A stretch of 64,000 bases of DNA from Camelus dromedarius (lineage: Eukaryota): NCBI RefSeq assembly GCF_036321535.1, contig NC_087437.1:40178001-40242000 (forward strand), read 5' to 3'. A program made the position numbers and the translations under genes. Positions 41,280 to 53,840 of this stretch are shown one piece after another. The notes below the pieces were generated by a model. That model was given only the letters and a program-made list of their open reading frames with translations, was not told the DNA's origin and made no database searches. Every line of letters starts with the position of its first letter. Within the stretch, counting starts at the first letter, position 1.

Positions 41280-41453
41280 TTACCTTCAGATTTTGGTTCA
41301 CTTTCAAAACTGAAGATTCTTGGACTAAGCGGGAATCAGTTCTCTTCATTTCCAGAAGAAATTCTTTCTTTGGAGTCTTTAGAGAAATTATACATTGGCC
41401 AAGATCAGGGAGCCAAGCTTACCCATCTACCAGAATGCATTAGGAAACTACAG
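41280..41453 (+). CDS. LRRIQ4: LRRIQ4 coding exon 2
   Basis: ccag|TTA CCT...CTA CAG|gtaag, 174 nt. Translates LPSDFGSLSKLKILGLSGNQF...LYIGQDQGAKLTHLPECIRKLQ. Confidence 0.95.
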
Positions 41454-42683
41454 GTAAGCCTCCCAAAATGAACAGGCAAGGAAGTACATGCCCACTGTTC
41501 CCTTCAACTGGCTGACACTGAGAAAACATGGTGGGGTTCTCATGCTTGTGGACTTATCCATACTAGATTTCCAGCTCCCAGCAAGCAGTCAGTATGACAC
41601 TTTGAGGCTCCCACTGTCTTCCTTAACAACCCACACTCAAAGAACATTTTACTGTGATTGCTCTTGGATGTGTCATGCCATACTCATTTCTTCTGTGGGG
41701 TTTGACATGTTTTATTTGCAGAAATTGAGCCATGCCACTTTCCAATTAATTTCTACTTTTTGTAGGTATTCCCTGAAAATTGTATTATTTTGAAGCTAAA
41801 GTATCATACAGATGACATGGCTGGGATTCTGCATTTTAGACTGGATGGTCTGATTTCCCTCCCAGCGTGGTGGACAGCAGCTCATGGTTTATTTAACTAT
41901 TGCACCAGGTTCATGCTAAAGATGGGTCCACAGCACTGTGCTCAGTCCCAGCAAAGCAACAAGACAACATCATTCAAAGTAGCCATACTGTTGTGTCTTT
42001 ATGTATCAGACTTAAAAGAATTATTTTTTTCATGTTCCTGGTGCTTCACTCTTACTACTGATAAAGTAGGCGTAAGCCACTGCATAACTCCCAGTCATGA
42101 AACTGAGCCACGACATATATAGCGCAGGTACTTCTCACCTCTTCCTAAGTCTCCATCCCTTTGCCCTGTGTTCGCAGAGCTCCTTTCATCAACTTGCTCC
42201 TTGTCCATGTCATGCAATGCTCTCCAGAGTCTTAGAGTGAAATGCAAATGTTAAATTTTTATCCAGTGAATTTGAATATAGTTAGCCTATTCTCTGTACA
42301 TTTTGGCTATTTCCACTTGGGCAATGCTGGATTGATATTTGAGGCAATTACAGTACTATAGCAACTGCCACCGATAATTGGTTACTGAACAGGAGCAAAA
42401 TGACATTTGTAGTTAAATGATCCAAATTGTTTTTTCCACAAAATTCTCCTGAAACAAATAAACACCAGATTCCTGTGTTCTCTTTTCCCTACATACACGG
42501 GAACCACATCTAATGGCTTAACTCAAAAATAGTTGTAATTTTTGATGATGGGTCTTTAAATGTTTTTCCCTTTATTCCAAAGCATAATATCCTCATTGAA
42601 AGAACATGGGAACTCACAGGTGATTCTGGTCATTATAATTCCTTTATCAATGTAAGGATTATTATATGCTCATGTTATTTCAG

Positions 42684-42822
42684 AGTCTTAAAGAGCTGTA
42701 TGTAGAGAACAATCATCTGGAGGAACTTCCTGTATCCTTGGGATCAATGCCTAACCTAGAAATTCTTGATTGCCGCCACAATCTGATTAAGCAACTTCCA
42801 GATGCCATTTGCCAAGTGCAAG
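42684..42822 (+). CDS. LRRIQ4: LRRIQ4 coding exon 3
   Basis: tttcag|AGT CTT...CAA G|gtgag, 139 nt. Translates SLKELYVENNHLEELPVSLGSMPNLEILDCRHNLIKQLPDAICQVQ. Confidence 0.95.
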
Positions 42823-43852
42823 GTGAGGAATCTTTGTAGATCCGCAGCCCAGTAGAGTTTGAGGTCAGTATTTCCCATGACTGAAGGCTTTCTTGCACTG
42901 CTGAAGACCAACCTCAGTGTTGAGAGCTGAGACCTACCACATTACCTCCTTGCAGGGCTTCCTAGTGACGTGGGGAAGACCAGGTGCCTGATTAATATGC
43001 TAACAGCCTCACAAAGGCAGTTAGATTGTTCATTGGGAACTGAAAAGTAAATAGCAACTGCTAAGAAAATTAGCATTCATCCGTACCCGTACAGTCATTA
43101 TACCACGGACAAGAATTTACTGACTACCTACTATCTGCCAGAATTTGGAACTGGGGACTCTGTAGTAAATTTGCATTAGGTCACTAAGTCACCTGAATAA
43201 AAGGAAAAGTATGACCCAGAGTGATGAAATTAGCAAGGAGGGACTTTTGGAGCTATATGATTGACACGAAAAAGTCATAGATTCATATTTAGACACACAA
43301 ACATTTTTCCACTAGGCTAAACCATTTTTTATTTGTAAACCCACGCATCTACTCTACAGGCTTTGGCTGAGCTCCTAGTGGAACCAGATTAAAAAGTGGG
43401 ATTTTTTGCCATAGTGTGCTGCATCTTTGTGTTTACAGATATGTTTCTAAACTACGATGATTTTTTTAATGAAAGGAGGATGAAGGAATATGAATGGAAG
43501 CTGTTGCCGACCCACAGGACACTCAAAGATTAGAAGCAGGGGATGGGTATACAGTTCTCCTGAGTCATGCTCCTGACCATGCATTTTTATCCTGTCCTTG
43601 GTCCCTGGAGGAATGGAAATATTCTCAACATTTTTTGGTGTTTACTGTTTTCCTGTCTCTAATACCTAATAACACTGGCTCCAATAACTTTGGGTTGTTA
43701 TAAAAAAGAGAACTTGGTTTGCCTCATTAAATGTGATGTCTTTTGCTACATGGCCCAGCAGGAAACAAACATTTCAAAGTGATTGGACTAAAGAACACAT
43801 GTTTTAATTTTGCTTATTTTTAAGACAAATCTATTTTTTTAAATTGTTTCAG

Positions 43853-44049
43853 CCTTGAAAAAATTACTACTCGAGGACAACTTGATCACCCATCTTCCGG
43901 AGAATTTGGATAGTCTGGAGAATCTAAAGGTTCTGACACTGATGGACAATCCCATGGAAGAACCCCCAATGGAAGTGTGCACCCAAGGCAGTGAGGCTGT
44001 GCAGGAATATCTTAAAAAAACAAGAATTATGAAAATAATGGCAACAAAG
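43853..44049 (+). CDS. LRRIQ4: LRRIQ4 coding exon 4
   Basis: tttcag|CC TTG...ACA AAG|gtaaa, 197 nt. Translates LKKLLLEDNLITHLPENLDSLENLKVLTLMDNPMEEPP...IMATK. Confidence 0.95.
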
Positions 44050-46007
44050 GTAAAACCATCAAAAATTCTGGATCATATATTCAGAGATGCTTGGAGTAGG
44101 GTTAATGTTACACTTTACAGGTTACCCTGTGGGGCTGCTCTTTATGCGTCTGTACCTTGTCCTCCTTGAGAATAGGGATTCTTATTTACTTTCATATCCC
44201 CAGGGCTAAGCAAGAGATTTTTGAACATCACCCTAGCATTTTTTGTCTTTCCTGTTCCTTTTCTCTTTGTCAGGTAAGAACCCAACAAATAGGCAAAAGA
44301 AACCCAAATTTCAAATCCCCAAATGATCTAAAACTGTTGGACTACTCACTAGAATGAAAAGCTCATATTAACGAAGTCAGTAAGATAAGGCTGAAAAATT
44401 AGAAATGAAAGCATTTATGGAGCAGAGGTCTAGAGACCAGAGTTCCACTCTTCCACTAACTAGGGTCAAAGGGCTAAGAGCCTGGTCCCTCTCTTGCCCA
44501 CCAAGCCCCTGGAGACATAGGGATACCCCAGGTAGACCAGGAATGTGTCGACTTCAGTCAGTATTCAGTAGTCTTCATTCAGTGGGTCCCAGCCCCAATC
44601 ATCTCACACCCAGATGACAGCATTAGTCCTCAACTAGTGTCCCTACTTCCTCGCCTGCTCCCCCTAGGATACGTCTTCCACTCAGCAGTCAGACTGGCGC
44701 TGTTAAAACACAGGCCAGGTCTTGCCACTCCTCTGCTGAAATCGATGATGTTCCATTGCACCTGGAATAAGAATTAGTCTTTGGTCTGGAAGACCCTCTG
44801 ACAAGGGCCCTCAACTGTAGCACACCTAACAACCTCTTTTTCCTAATAATTATTGTGTGTGTGTCTTCCTTTACTCTTCTGAAATTAAACTCATAGATAA
44901 CATAAACTACCCAAAACATATAATTTTAATAAATCAAAATAATGCCCAAGCTGCAACATAAAGGAAAAAGAAAATTTTATATTAAAATATTAATTTTAGT
45001 TTGTGTATACTCAGTATGACTACACTGGAAGAATGAAGATAATACTTTTGGGATACTTCCGAAAAGCATTCTGAAAAACCCTGCACCCTCTTGCACATTT
45101 TAAAATTGATATTTAACATTTTTTGCTACTAAGTCTAAATCATTGAAACAATTTACTTTCCAGTGTACTTTACACAGTGACATCTTAAAACAGAGTTATT
45201 TAAATGTAGCCAATGGAATCTAAATACCATTATGATCTAATATGTCAGTAAACATCAATTTACAAAATATTTTAAAAAGCCCTTATTTTACATGCAAAAA
45301 TGTTGTCACATCTTTTTCTTATTGAACATATATTTCCATCCCACTTTCCCCTCAGAATTCATCTTAATATTTATATATATATGTGTGTGTGTGTGTATAG
45401 TGTTTATATATGTATATAATTTTAAAGTCATTTATAGATCACCTTTCATACTTCTAGGCTACAAAAATATTCAAATAAATTCAATTTTAAAATTAAAAAA
45501 TTTTTCCCTGTGATCATAGCGTTTTAATGTTCTGGATTGAGTCTTACTACAATATATCAGTAGTATAAAATTAACCAAACAATAAATCTATTATAAATTT
45601 TGGTATTTAATTATTTGACTTACAGGATTTGGGGAAAATACATACGCAAATGGGAAAGATTTTCTTTACATAGTTTATATATCCTTGCATGAATATTACT
45701 TATTGCTAGAATGACACAGGGTTTGGCATCAGTTCTATTCCTAGTTTTTATTTTACAGGTAAAACACTAAGAAACCTTGTTCAATTCACAAGCTGACAAA
45801 AATAGCAGCTTTTTTTTTGCACATATTATTTTGTTTTAAATGGCAATGCCTCACACATCTCTGAACTTCTTCCAGATATACCCCAGAAAGTAGACAGCAG
45901 GCTCTTAGCTGGCAAATCAACTTCAGTTTTCTTGAAGGCAAAACTACCAGGACTGGTTGCCCAGTCCTTAGAGCCAATATCAATACTGCTCTCTCTCTCT
46001 CTCTCTC

Positions 46008-46146
46008 TTTTTTTTTTTTTTTTTTATTGAAGGGGTAGAGGTAAGTAAGTTTACTTACTTATTTTTAGAGGAAGTACTGGGGATTGAACCCAGGACCTCC
46101 AGCATGCTAAGCATAAGCTCTACCACTTGAGCTATCCCCTGCCCCC
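46008..46146 (-). mobile_element. tRNA-derived SINE, Vic-1-like, with adjacent (CT)n
   Basis: Minus strand reads ggggatagctcaagtggtagagcttatgcttagcatgc...gggttcaatccccagtac. Poly(T) on the plus strand. Near-TSD caatactgct/caaaactgct. Confidence 0.85.
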
Positions 46147-46981
46147 CAAAACTGCTGTTTTGAATTGTCCCTTTTTTTGGTGTCCCAGAGGTTTTTGGAG
46201 TTCAGGGCAATATCCCCTAGACTCAGGTGGATGCCCAGAGGGGCGGTTGTGAAGGGGGAGGTGGGACTAGAGAATCAGCAGTTGTGTTCATAGGCAGGTA
46301 CATTCTAGGGAGGGGCACGTATGGAAGTTGAAGCTCTGGAAATGTGTTGCTCCCACCAGTCCAAGCCCGCACACCCTTGGAAAGTCTATGGACAAGGGTG
46401 TATGTCACACAATTGATTACTGTTAAATCTTAACACAACAAAAAGCCCTGTAAATTTCCAGAATGCCTTTCCCAGGCAATACTGTCTCTGGGAAAATCCC
46501 CACCCTAACTGATCTGCTACTGTTCCTCCCCACCTCGCCCTTCCCGTTTTCACTTTACTTCAGTCACAAATGGGATCCTTTGTATTTTTCCAAGGGCCAG
46601 GCTTGCTCCTGCCTCAGCCGAGAGGTGCTTTGCCCAGATGTGGACAAAACTCTGGCCCTCACTCAGCTCATACTCTGCTCAAATATCCTCATACCTGCCC
46701 TTGATCCACCTTATATAAAATAACATACCTCCAGGTACCTCATTCATTTATTCATTCATTCAAAAACTATTGAGCTTCTGCTATGTACCAGGCACTGTTC
46801 TATGCACCGGAAAAAGCAGCAAACAAAATGGACAAATATTTCTATCCTCATATTGCTTAAAGCCTAGTGTGATGGGAATAAGAACATGGAATATAAAACA
46901 TAAATTTGTATACTATGCTAGAAAGCAATTAAGTGGTATTGGAAAAAAGTTCAAACCAAGGGGAACTGAGGTTGCCAGAAG

Positions 46982-46984
<3 letters not shown>

Positions 46985-47014
<30 letters not shown>
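46985..47014. repeat. (GT)n microsatellite
   Basis: Directly visible in the sequence. Confidence 0.9.
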
Positions 47015-47017
<3 letters not shown>

Positions 47018-47073
47018 TATTGGGATTTCATTTTAAATGAGATGGTCAGGGTAGGCCTCATTGGAAAAACGAC

Positions 47074-47449
47074 TGTCTTAGCTCAGGTGACTGTAACAAT
47101 ATACCATAAGCTGGGCGGCTTGACCAATAGAAATGTATCTTCTCATAGTCCTGGGAGCTGGAAGTCCAGGATCACGGTGCCAGCATGTTTGGTTTCTGGT
47201 GAGAGCTCCCTTTCTGCTGTGCAGATGGCTGCCTTCTCACTACATCCTCATAAGACAGACAGAGAGAGAGAGCAAGCTTTCTGATGTCTCTTCTCATAAA
47301 CGCACCATTCCATCGTAAGAGCCCCACCCTCATGATCTTACCTAAACCTAATTACTTCCCAAGGCACCATCCCCAAATACCACCACACTGGGTTTAGCGC
47401 TTTAACATATAAATTGTGGGGAGGGGAGGACATAATTCAGTCCATAGCA
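47074..47449 (-). mobile_element. MLT1A-like MaLR solo LTR inserted in an L2 remnant
   Basis: tgtcttag...ctggaagtccaggatc...tctggtgagagc...ccccaccctcatga...attcagtccatagca, with a 5-bp near-TSD acgac/atgac. Confidence 0.8.
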
Positions 47450-48174
47450 ATGACATTTGAACAAATTCTTGAGGAAGTGGAGGGGTCAGCCCTCTGAATA
47501 CTGGAAAGAGTGTTCCAGGTAAAGGCCCTGAGTTGGGTGGTGCCTGGATGTGCCTGAGCGAGTGAGCATGGGGAGAGTTAGGAGGTCAGGAGGGAGAGCA
47601 CAGGTCAGACAAGGCCTTGTAAGCCATTGCAAGGACTTGAGTTCTTAATTCTGAACGGGGAGCCACTGGAAGCTTTGAAGAGTCTCCTAGAGAAGGGAAG
47701 TTCTTGAGTAGGTGCAAGAGAATAGGATCTCAAGAGCCAGTGAGGGCCGGCTGGCGGTAGGAGCACGCATGGTCCAGGAACAAGAGGGAAGGCGGGGGGA
47801 CCGGCATCCCGATTCCCCATGCTGTGCAGCCACTTCCGGGGCACTTACCACCATCTGTCAAGTACACAGTCATGTGTCTACTGTTTACTGTCTTTTCCCC
47901 TCACTGGAATATGAGGCTTACAAAGTCGGGGACGTTGGTATTTAACTGCTGTTTCCTAAATGTCTAGAACAGTGCCTGGCAGATAAAAGCATTAAATACT
48001 TTTAGAATTGTTTGCCTGGATGGCTGGCCAATTGAGAAAGAGAGAAAATAAGGTTTAGAGGTCTAGTCATTCCATTCTCCGCATCTTAAAAACCACAATC
48101 TGGAACAAAGAGATGTAACCATCCCCGTCCACCGTGATATGAGCTGACGCTGTTCTGGTTTGTCTTGTTTTCAG

Positions 48175-48327
48175 ATTCAGGCGTGGTGGCGTGGAATCAT
48201 GGTCTGGAGAGGACTGGGGAGATTTGAAGAACTGCTAAAATTGCAAAAGAAGGGAAAGAATTCTCCAAAAGATAAGAAAGGAAAGAAGGTTGCAAAAGGA
48301 AAACCTGTAAAGGGAAATAAGAAATAA
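48175..48327 (+). CDS. LRRIQ4: LRRIQ4 terminal coding exon (IQ motif plus lysine-rich tail)
   Basis: tttcag|ATT CAG GCG TGG TGG CGT GGA gives IQAWWRG (IQ motif), ending ...KGKPVKGNKK*. The joined CDS is 1686 nt (561 aa). AATAAA at 48442-48447. Confidence 0.95.
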   Translation: MQAWWRGIMVWRGLGRFEELLKLQKKGKNSPKDKKGKKVAKGKPVKGNKK

Positions 48328-48629
48328 CTCTATAAATGTATGAATTGAGATAATGAATCCTGATGGATTAAGAAGGAAAATCTCTAGGAATTAGATGCCA
48401 ACCACACAAAACTGATTTGTAGAGTTATGGTTACATAGAAAAATAAAGATTTTTTTACAGAAGTGTTTATGGATAAAAATGAAATGATGCCTGGGATCGT
48501 ATTGCTTCAGAACAGTATCAGGGAGAGAGGTAAGTGTGGAGGATCCAAATGAAACAAGATTGGCCAGAGTTGGTAATTGTAGAAGCATGTGATAGGTACA
48601 CGGAGGTTCATTGTACTATCATGTCTACT

Positions 48630-48811
48630 TTAAAAACTTTTTATTATGAAATAATTCACAGGAAGTTCCAAAGAAATGTACAGGGATGTCCATGCACCTT
48701 CACCCTCACTCACTGTTGACACCTTACATAACTATAGTACAATAACAAAACCAGACAGTGGACATCAGTACTATCCAGAGCTTATTCAGATTCCATCAGT
48801 TATACATGCAC

Positions 48812-48845
<34 letters not shown>

Positions 48846-49260
48846 AATCCAATGCAGTTTTGTTACCTGTAGCTTTTGCGCAGCCACCGCCCTAATCAAG
48901 CTACAGAACTGTTCCATCACTGCCAGTCTCCCTTGTGCTGTTTAGTGACACCTGCCACCTACCCCTCTCCCAATCCCTAACCTGTTCTCCATCTCTATAA
49001 TTTTGTTCTCCATCTCTAAATTTGAGAAGATCATGTAAGTGGAATCATATAGGATGTAACTTTGGGGACTGGCCTTTTTACTCTGCAGAATTCACTGGCA
49101 GTTCATGCGAGTGGTGCGTGTATCAGCAGTTCTCTCCTTTCTGGTTGCTGAGTAAAACTGCATAGTTTGTTTCACCATTCACCCACTGAAGGATGTTGCT
49201 CTGTTTCCAGTTTTTGACTATTATGAATAAAGCTGCTATGAACATCTGCTCATAGGTTTT
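48630..49260 (-). mobile_element. Old L1 3'-end fragment (L1MC/MB-like) containing a (GT)n tract
   Basis: ctgttctccatctctataattttg...ggaatcatata...ccattcacccactgaagga...gtttccagtttttgactattatgaataaagctgctatgaacat. Confidence 0.7.
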
Positions 49261-49504
49261 TTGTACCCGCACAGGTGTTCACGGAGTTCATGGGGATGCC
49301 CAAGGAAATGAAGAATCATTACCTAAAACATCCCCATTTACACCACTCAAGACCCCCTCATCCTGATGACTTCTTCTTTTGGAGTAGTATTGATTTCAAA
49401 TTCTACTTGTCTTTCGGGCAATGACTGCAATTAGTGTAGCAAAAAGAAAGCAAAACATAATTTGATTAGAGCATATGAGAATAGAAACGTGTGAGCAGAC
49501 ACCT

Positions 49505-49587
49505 TTGCCAACCCTGAGGAGTCTTCAGGCCCTCTGCCCAGCTCCTTGTCTAGTTTCCTCAGCTCACACAAGTGTCTAAAACAGCAT
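49505..49587 (-). pseudogene. LRRC31: LRRC31 exon 6 remnant
   Basis: Acceptor reads ttctttgtCG instead of AG. Translates DA[1-nt deletion]FRHLCELRKLD[LSCN missing]KELGRGPEDSS, against recalled human [29 protein letters not shown]. Similarity then stops. Confidence 0.75.
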
Positions 49588-50000
49588 CGACAAAGAAGGT
49601 CAAAATCCCTTTCTGACGTATTACAAGGTGGTAGGCAGGAGAGGGGCGGGGAGGGGGTAGGTTCTTTTTTTCAGGATCAATCCCTTCCTGCTACTAAGCA
49701 GAAAATAATACTGGCATTTTCAAAAGTTAAGAGGAAAATGGAGAGCTTTAGTAGCATAGAAACTTTTATTTTGCCCTGTATTTCTCTCAAACCTAAAATA
49801 TCCTGGCCTTTTCAGAGCCAGTTGTTTTAAAAGGTTATTTTTGTAATCATGAAGGTATATGCGCACTGTAAAAGACATAGAAAATAAATAAAATGTGAAG
49901 AAGATGTAAATCACCCATAATCTTATTTCTCAACATAACCACTGTTTATATTTTGTTGTATTTCCCAACAGCTTAAAAAATTAAATAGAAAATAAAATTA

Positions 50001-50225
<225 letters not shown>

Positions 50226-50408
50226 TCAGTAAAGAAAAGATGCTGGGTGTGAAAGTTAGGGCAGCAGGAGGGGGAGTACAGCTTCGTGTGACCTGGGATA
50301 GAGGGAGCCACTCTTTCAATTCAGAGTAAGAGAAGACACAGCCATCTTTGACTCCCAAGCTCTCCATTCATGGGCGTCATCACATTTTTTCCTGAGAAGG
50401 ACTCCTCT

Positions 50409-50887
50409 TGTAACCAAGCAGGACCCTGTGGGGCCTTCCAGGGTCAGATCTCTCCCCCATACCCTCTGCTGTAGCTCCTTTCTGAAGTACCCAGATAATA
50501 GTAGCTCATGTATGTTTCCTGAGTTTTTCAGGTGCTTACAACCACCACCAAAAGGAAGAAGTTAACTACTTGATGATTGAGATCATGTAGCCCCCAGACC
50601 TTCTGGCTACTGGAGGTTGATAGTGTTGGCTGCCCTGTTACCTCAACATCAACCAATCAGTGAATTGTGCACGAGCTGATCACGTACCCTGCGACCCCCA
50701 CTCCCCTTATCTGGCCTTTAAATATGCTTTGCTGAAACCCTTCGAGGAGTTTGGGGTTTTCTTGGGCACGGGCTGCCCCATCCTCCTTGCTCAGCCCTGC
50801 AGTAAACCTTTCTTCGCTCCAAACCTCGATGTTTCAGTTTGTTTGGCCTCATGGTGCAGCAGGTACATGAACTTGCCTCCGGTAACA
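50409..50887 (+). mobile_element. ERV solo LTR in LRRC31 intron 4
   Basis: tgtaacc...ggtaaca termini, CCAAT, TATA-like tttaaata and AGTAAA. Related copy at 34550. Confidence 0.8.
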
Positions 50888-50904
50888 TTCCAAATTCCAC
50901 TCAC

Positions 50905-51070
50905 CCACAAACGCCCCATCACCTGATGTGAGGACACAGTCCACGAGTTCCAGCGCTTGTATCCTTCTCCCTTCTCACAACGCCTGGAGGATCAGAGGCA
51001 AGTTTCCTCCCACTACTGTTCTAGGACAAGTTCAACTCTTCAAGTTCAGGCAGTGCTCTAAGTGCCTCTC
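50905..51070 (-). pseudogene. LRRC31: LRRC31 exon 4, disabled
   Basis: cag|GA GAG...GTG G|gtgag, 166 nt against the expected 168. Translates EALRALPELEELNLS*NS[-2 nt][35 protein letters not shown]. TAG at 51021-51023 and TGA at 50975-50977. Confidence 0.92.
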
Positions 51071-51312
51071 CTGTTACAATACAGCCCAAAGATCAGGTTG
51101 ATCACTAGTCTGCAAAGCAGGGGATTCATTTCACAATCACCATAACCATCATTTATAGAACATCAAAGCTGGGCCAGGTACTGATTAGATGAACAGAGAG
51201 AAGAAGAGGACCCAGTTCCCGCCCAAGCCAGCAGAGCGAGCCTCTGTATACACAGGCACAGCAATTCCAGTTCCTCCAGAGTTCTGAAGCCGTGATCATA
51301 AGCAAAAATTGT

Positions 51313-51354
51313 AAAACAAAACAAAACAAAACAAAACAAAACAAAACAAAAAAA
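51313..51354. repeat. (CAAAA)n pentanucleotide repeat
   Basis: Directly visible in the sequence. Confidence 0.9.
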
Positions 51355-51909
51355 CACCTGTAAGTATGGTGGTGTTTACGAGCTATTTTTGTGGTTGTAA
51401 ATATTTGTACCAGTCCGTCTATTTTCCCTCATCCACCCTCTCCAGGGATCAGCATTGCTGAGAAGCTTGGCTAAAGGTACAAGTGAGGCAAAGCAGGGCG
51501 CCGGCCACCACAGAGGAAAAGCTCACTCTGACATCAAGAATATCGTATACAACAAACCAACCACTGCAGGGAGGAACTCGTGAGAGAGCATCAGGCACTG
51601 GCAGCTCATAACAGTGACGCAGCCTCGGGGATGGAGCAGGGAGCAATGGGGCGGGGTTGGGGGGAACTTGACATTTTGGACGCTATTTCACACTGGAAAG
51701 TATCTGAGGGCTGCAGAGTGGAAGCTGGGAGAGAACAGGGGAAGTGATGGGGAGATCATACCCTAGGGGTGATTTGCACTGCCTTGGGGTGGAACAGGGT
51801 GATGAGCTGCATACATGGAAGATGTACATTCTCAATGTGTGGAGTCAATTTAACACGAGTTAAGAGTGTTGGAAAGTCCCCCGTGTCCAGAAGCCTCTCT
51901 TCCACTGTC

Positions 51910-52534
51910 TGCTGCTGGGCTGGAACTTCTGCGGCGGGTTACCTATTCCATGGTTAAGGTTTTTGGCGTCCAGGCGCCCCAGGTAAAAATGCATATTCTC
52001 CAGGAGTTATCAAATCACAAGCCAGGGATAAACAGGTGTCATTTTGTATGCTACTTATGGTCAATTGAGTGTGGCTTTAAGTAGCCCCGAGGCATCCCCC
52101 AGGATCAGGGAGAAAGCATGCATGGTTGTCCATAGTGTATACAGTACTGGAAGGGAATGCATTTGCCATCCTGCACCAAGCAATTGTAACAGGTGTAATA
52201 ATGTTGAAATGTCTCCTGATTTATGTTTTCTTATCAGTAAACCATTTATTCTCCTTGTACCCCATCTGCCAACGCACAGGTCCTGGGCTCCTAACCAGGC
52301 AGGCGAGGAAGGGGGAGCTTCGCAGTCACAACCGATGAGCTTCAGGGCGATAGGGCGCGAGGGAAGTATTCGCTGCTCATTTCCGAGACCCTGCACTTGA
52401 CAAATCCGGAGAGAGGAGTGCCTGTGAGAGTTTTTTCTCAACTCTTGCCGGAGAATACACTCAGAAAGCCTCATTTGTCCTTGTTATTAGGGACTTCTTA
52501 TGTGGCACCCCCACCGGGTTCCTCTGTAGTAACA
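51910..52534 (+). mobile_element. Probable young ERV solo LTR (CpG-retaining)
   Basis: tgctgctg...tagtaaca imperfect inverted termini, and a TATA-like tgtataca followed about 100 bp later by AGTAAA. Many undecayed CpGs. No clear TSD. Confidence 0.45.
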
Positions 52535-53142
52535 CCCTACCTACTAACATGATAGCATTAAAATTTAAAAACTTTCAAATAAATAAAAATAAAAAGCTAT
52601 AATTTTATCGAGTTCCTTTTTTTGTGCCATTGCCTTACCCAACATTTAAGACAGGTTTAAAATACATCATATTTTTGTAAGGAAAAATGAATAGGCGTGT
52701 ACTGACAGTGACTTTAAAGAAATTTTACAAGTGAAAACGTACAAATTAAAACATATCCAAAGAGTATACTGCAATCCGATAGGAAAACGTTAAGTTCTGA
52801 ATGTGCGGTAACATTCTGCTAACCCTGACAGAAAAGTATAAAACTACGTAGTGAAAAAGAAATATATTGGCACCACTGAAAATGAAAAGGTAGTGGCATT
52901 ACAATAGTAGTAAATTTAGACTAAAATATTAGCGGGACAATGAGAACTCCACCTCTCCTCCACAGTGTCTGGTGGCTTGCTATTTTTAAGAAAGCCACCT
53001 ACAGGGTGTACATGTTGCTGAGATGGATGATGTTACCACATTTTACCAGTAGGAGGCAGCATCATCCACCCACCGTTTACCTCTTCATTCTGGCCTTCAA
53101 GTTTTATTATGGTACATAGGATACAAGGTATTTTATTTTGGG

Positions 53143-53271
53143 TAGGATTGCCAGATTTAGGAAAAATAAAAATAGCACGTCCAATTAAACTGAAACTTCA
53201 AGTAAACAAGTAATCATTGTTTAGTAAAAGTATGTCCCAAATATTGCAGGTGTTGTTTTCTGGCAACCCTC
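53143..53271. mobile_element. MER53-like hAT MITE
   Basis: TIRs taggattgccaga/tctggcaaccctc with a perfect 8-bp TSD, attttggg, at 53135-53142 and 53272-53279. Confidence 0.85.
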
Positions 53272-53540
53272 ATTTTGGGTGGTACAGAGGAGAGTTGTGG
53301 ATGGGATGGATTGCCTCTTAGATGCCAGTGGGTACTGGACGTTTTTGTGTAAACTTAATGCAAGAGGGTCACAATTTTATAGATTTGAAAACTGAAACTC
53401 AGAGAGACTGTTAATGAGTAAGCAGTAAGAGTTAGAATTTGAAACCAGCACTTTCTCCAAAGCCCATTATGTGTGTGTGCTTTTTAAAATTGTTGTGCTT
53501 AAAAAAATTTCTCTGCATTGTATCTTATTGCTCGCTCTTT

Positions 53541-53840
53541 CTTTTTTTCAACATTTTTATTGAGTTATAGTCATTTTACAATGTTGTGTCAATTTCCAGT
53601 ATAAAGCACAATTTTTCAGTTATACATGAACATACATATATTCATTGTCACCTTTTTTTTTTTTTGCTGTGAGCTACCACAAGATCTTGTATCTATTTCC
53701 CTGTGCTATACAGTATAATCTTGTTTATCTATTCTACATATGCCTGTCAGTATCTACAAATCTTTAACTCCCAGTCTGTCCCTTCCCACCCCCCACTCCC
53801 TTGGCAACCACAAGTTTGTATTCTATGTCTATGAGTCTCT
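53541..53840 (-). mobile_element. Young L1 3'-end fragment
   Basis: ttttattgagttatagtcattttacaatgttgtgtc...tttccctgtgctatacag...ggcaaccacaagtttgtattctatgtctatgagtct. Confidence 0.75.

Noticed and set aside
51163..51357. Minus-strand ORF containing LEELELL as a possible LRRC31 exon 3 remnant
   Set aside because: Flanking residues do not match exon 3, there are no fitting splice sites, and the ORF starts in a (TTTTG)n repeat.
51640..52550. Short peptide resemblances to bornavirus L/N, filovirus NP or a rhabdovirus L methyltransferase (e.g. RAAEW, KVF, SPRI, GxYSL)
   Set aside because: The matches are 3-4 residues, spread over different frames with inconsistent spacing, which is about what chance gives. 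LTR-like structure explains the region better. Only blastx could rescue this.
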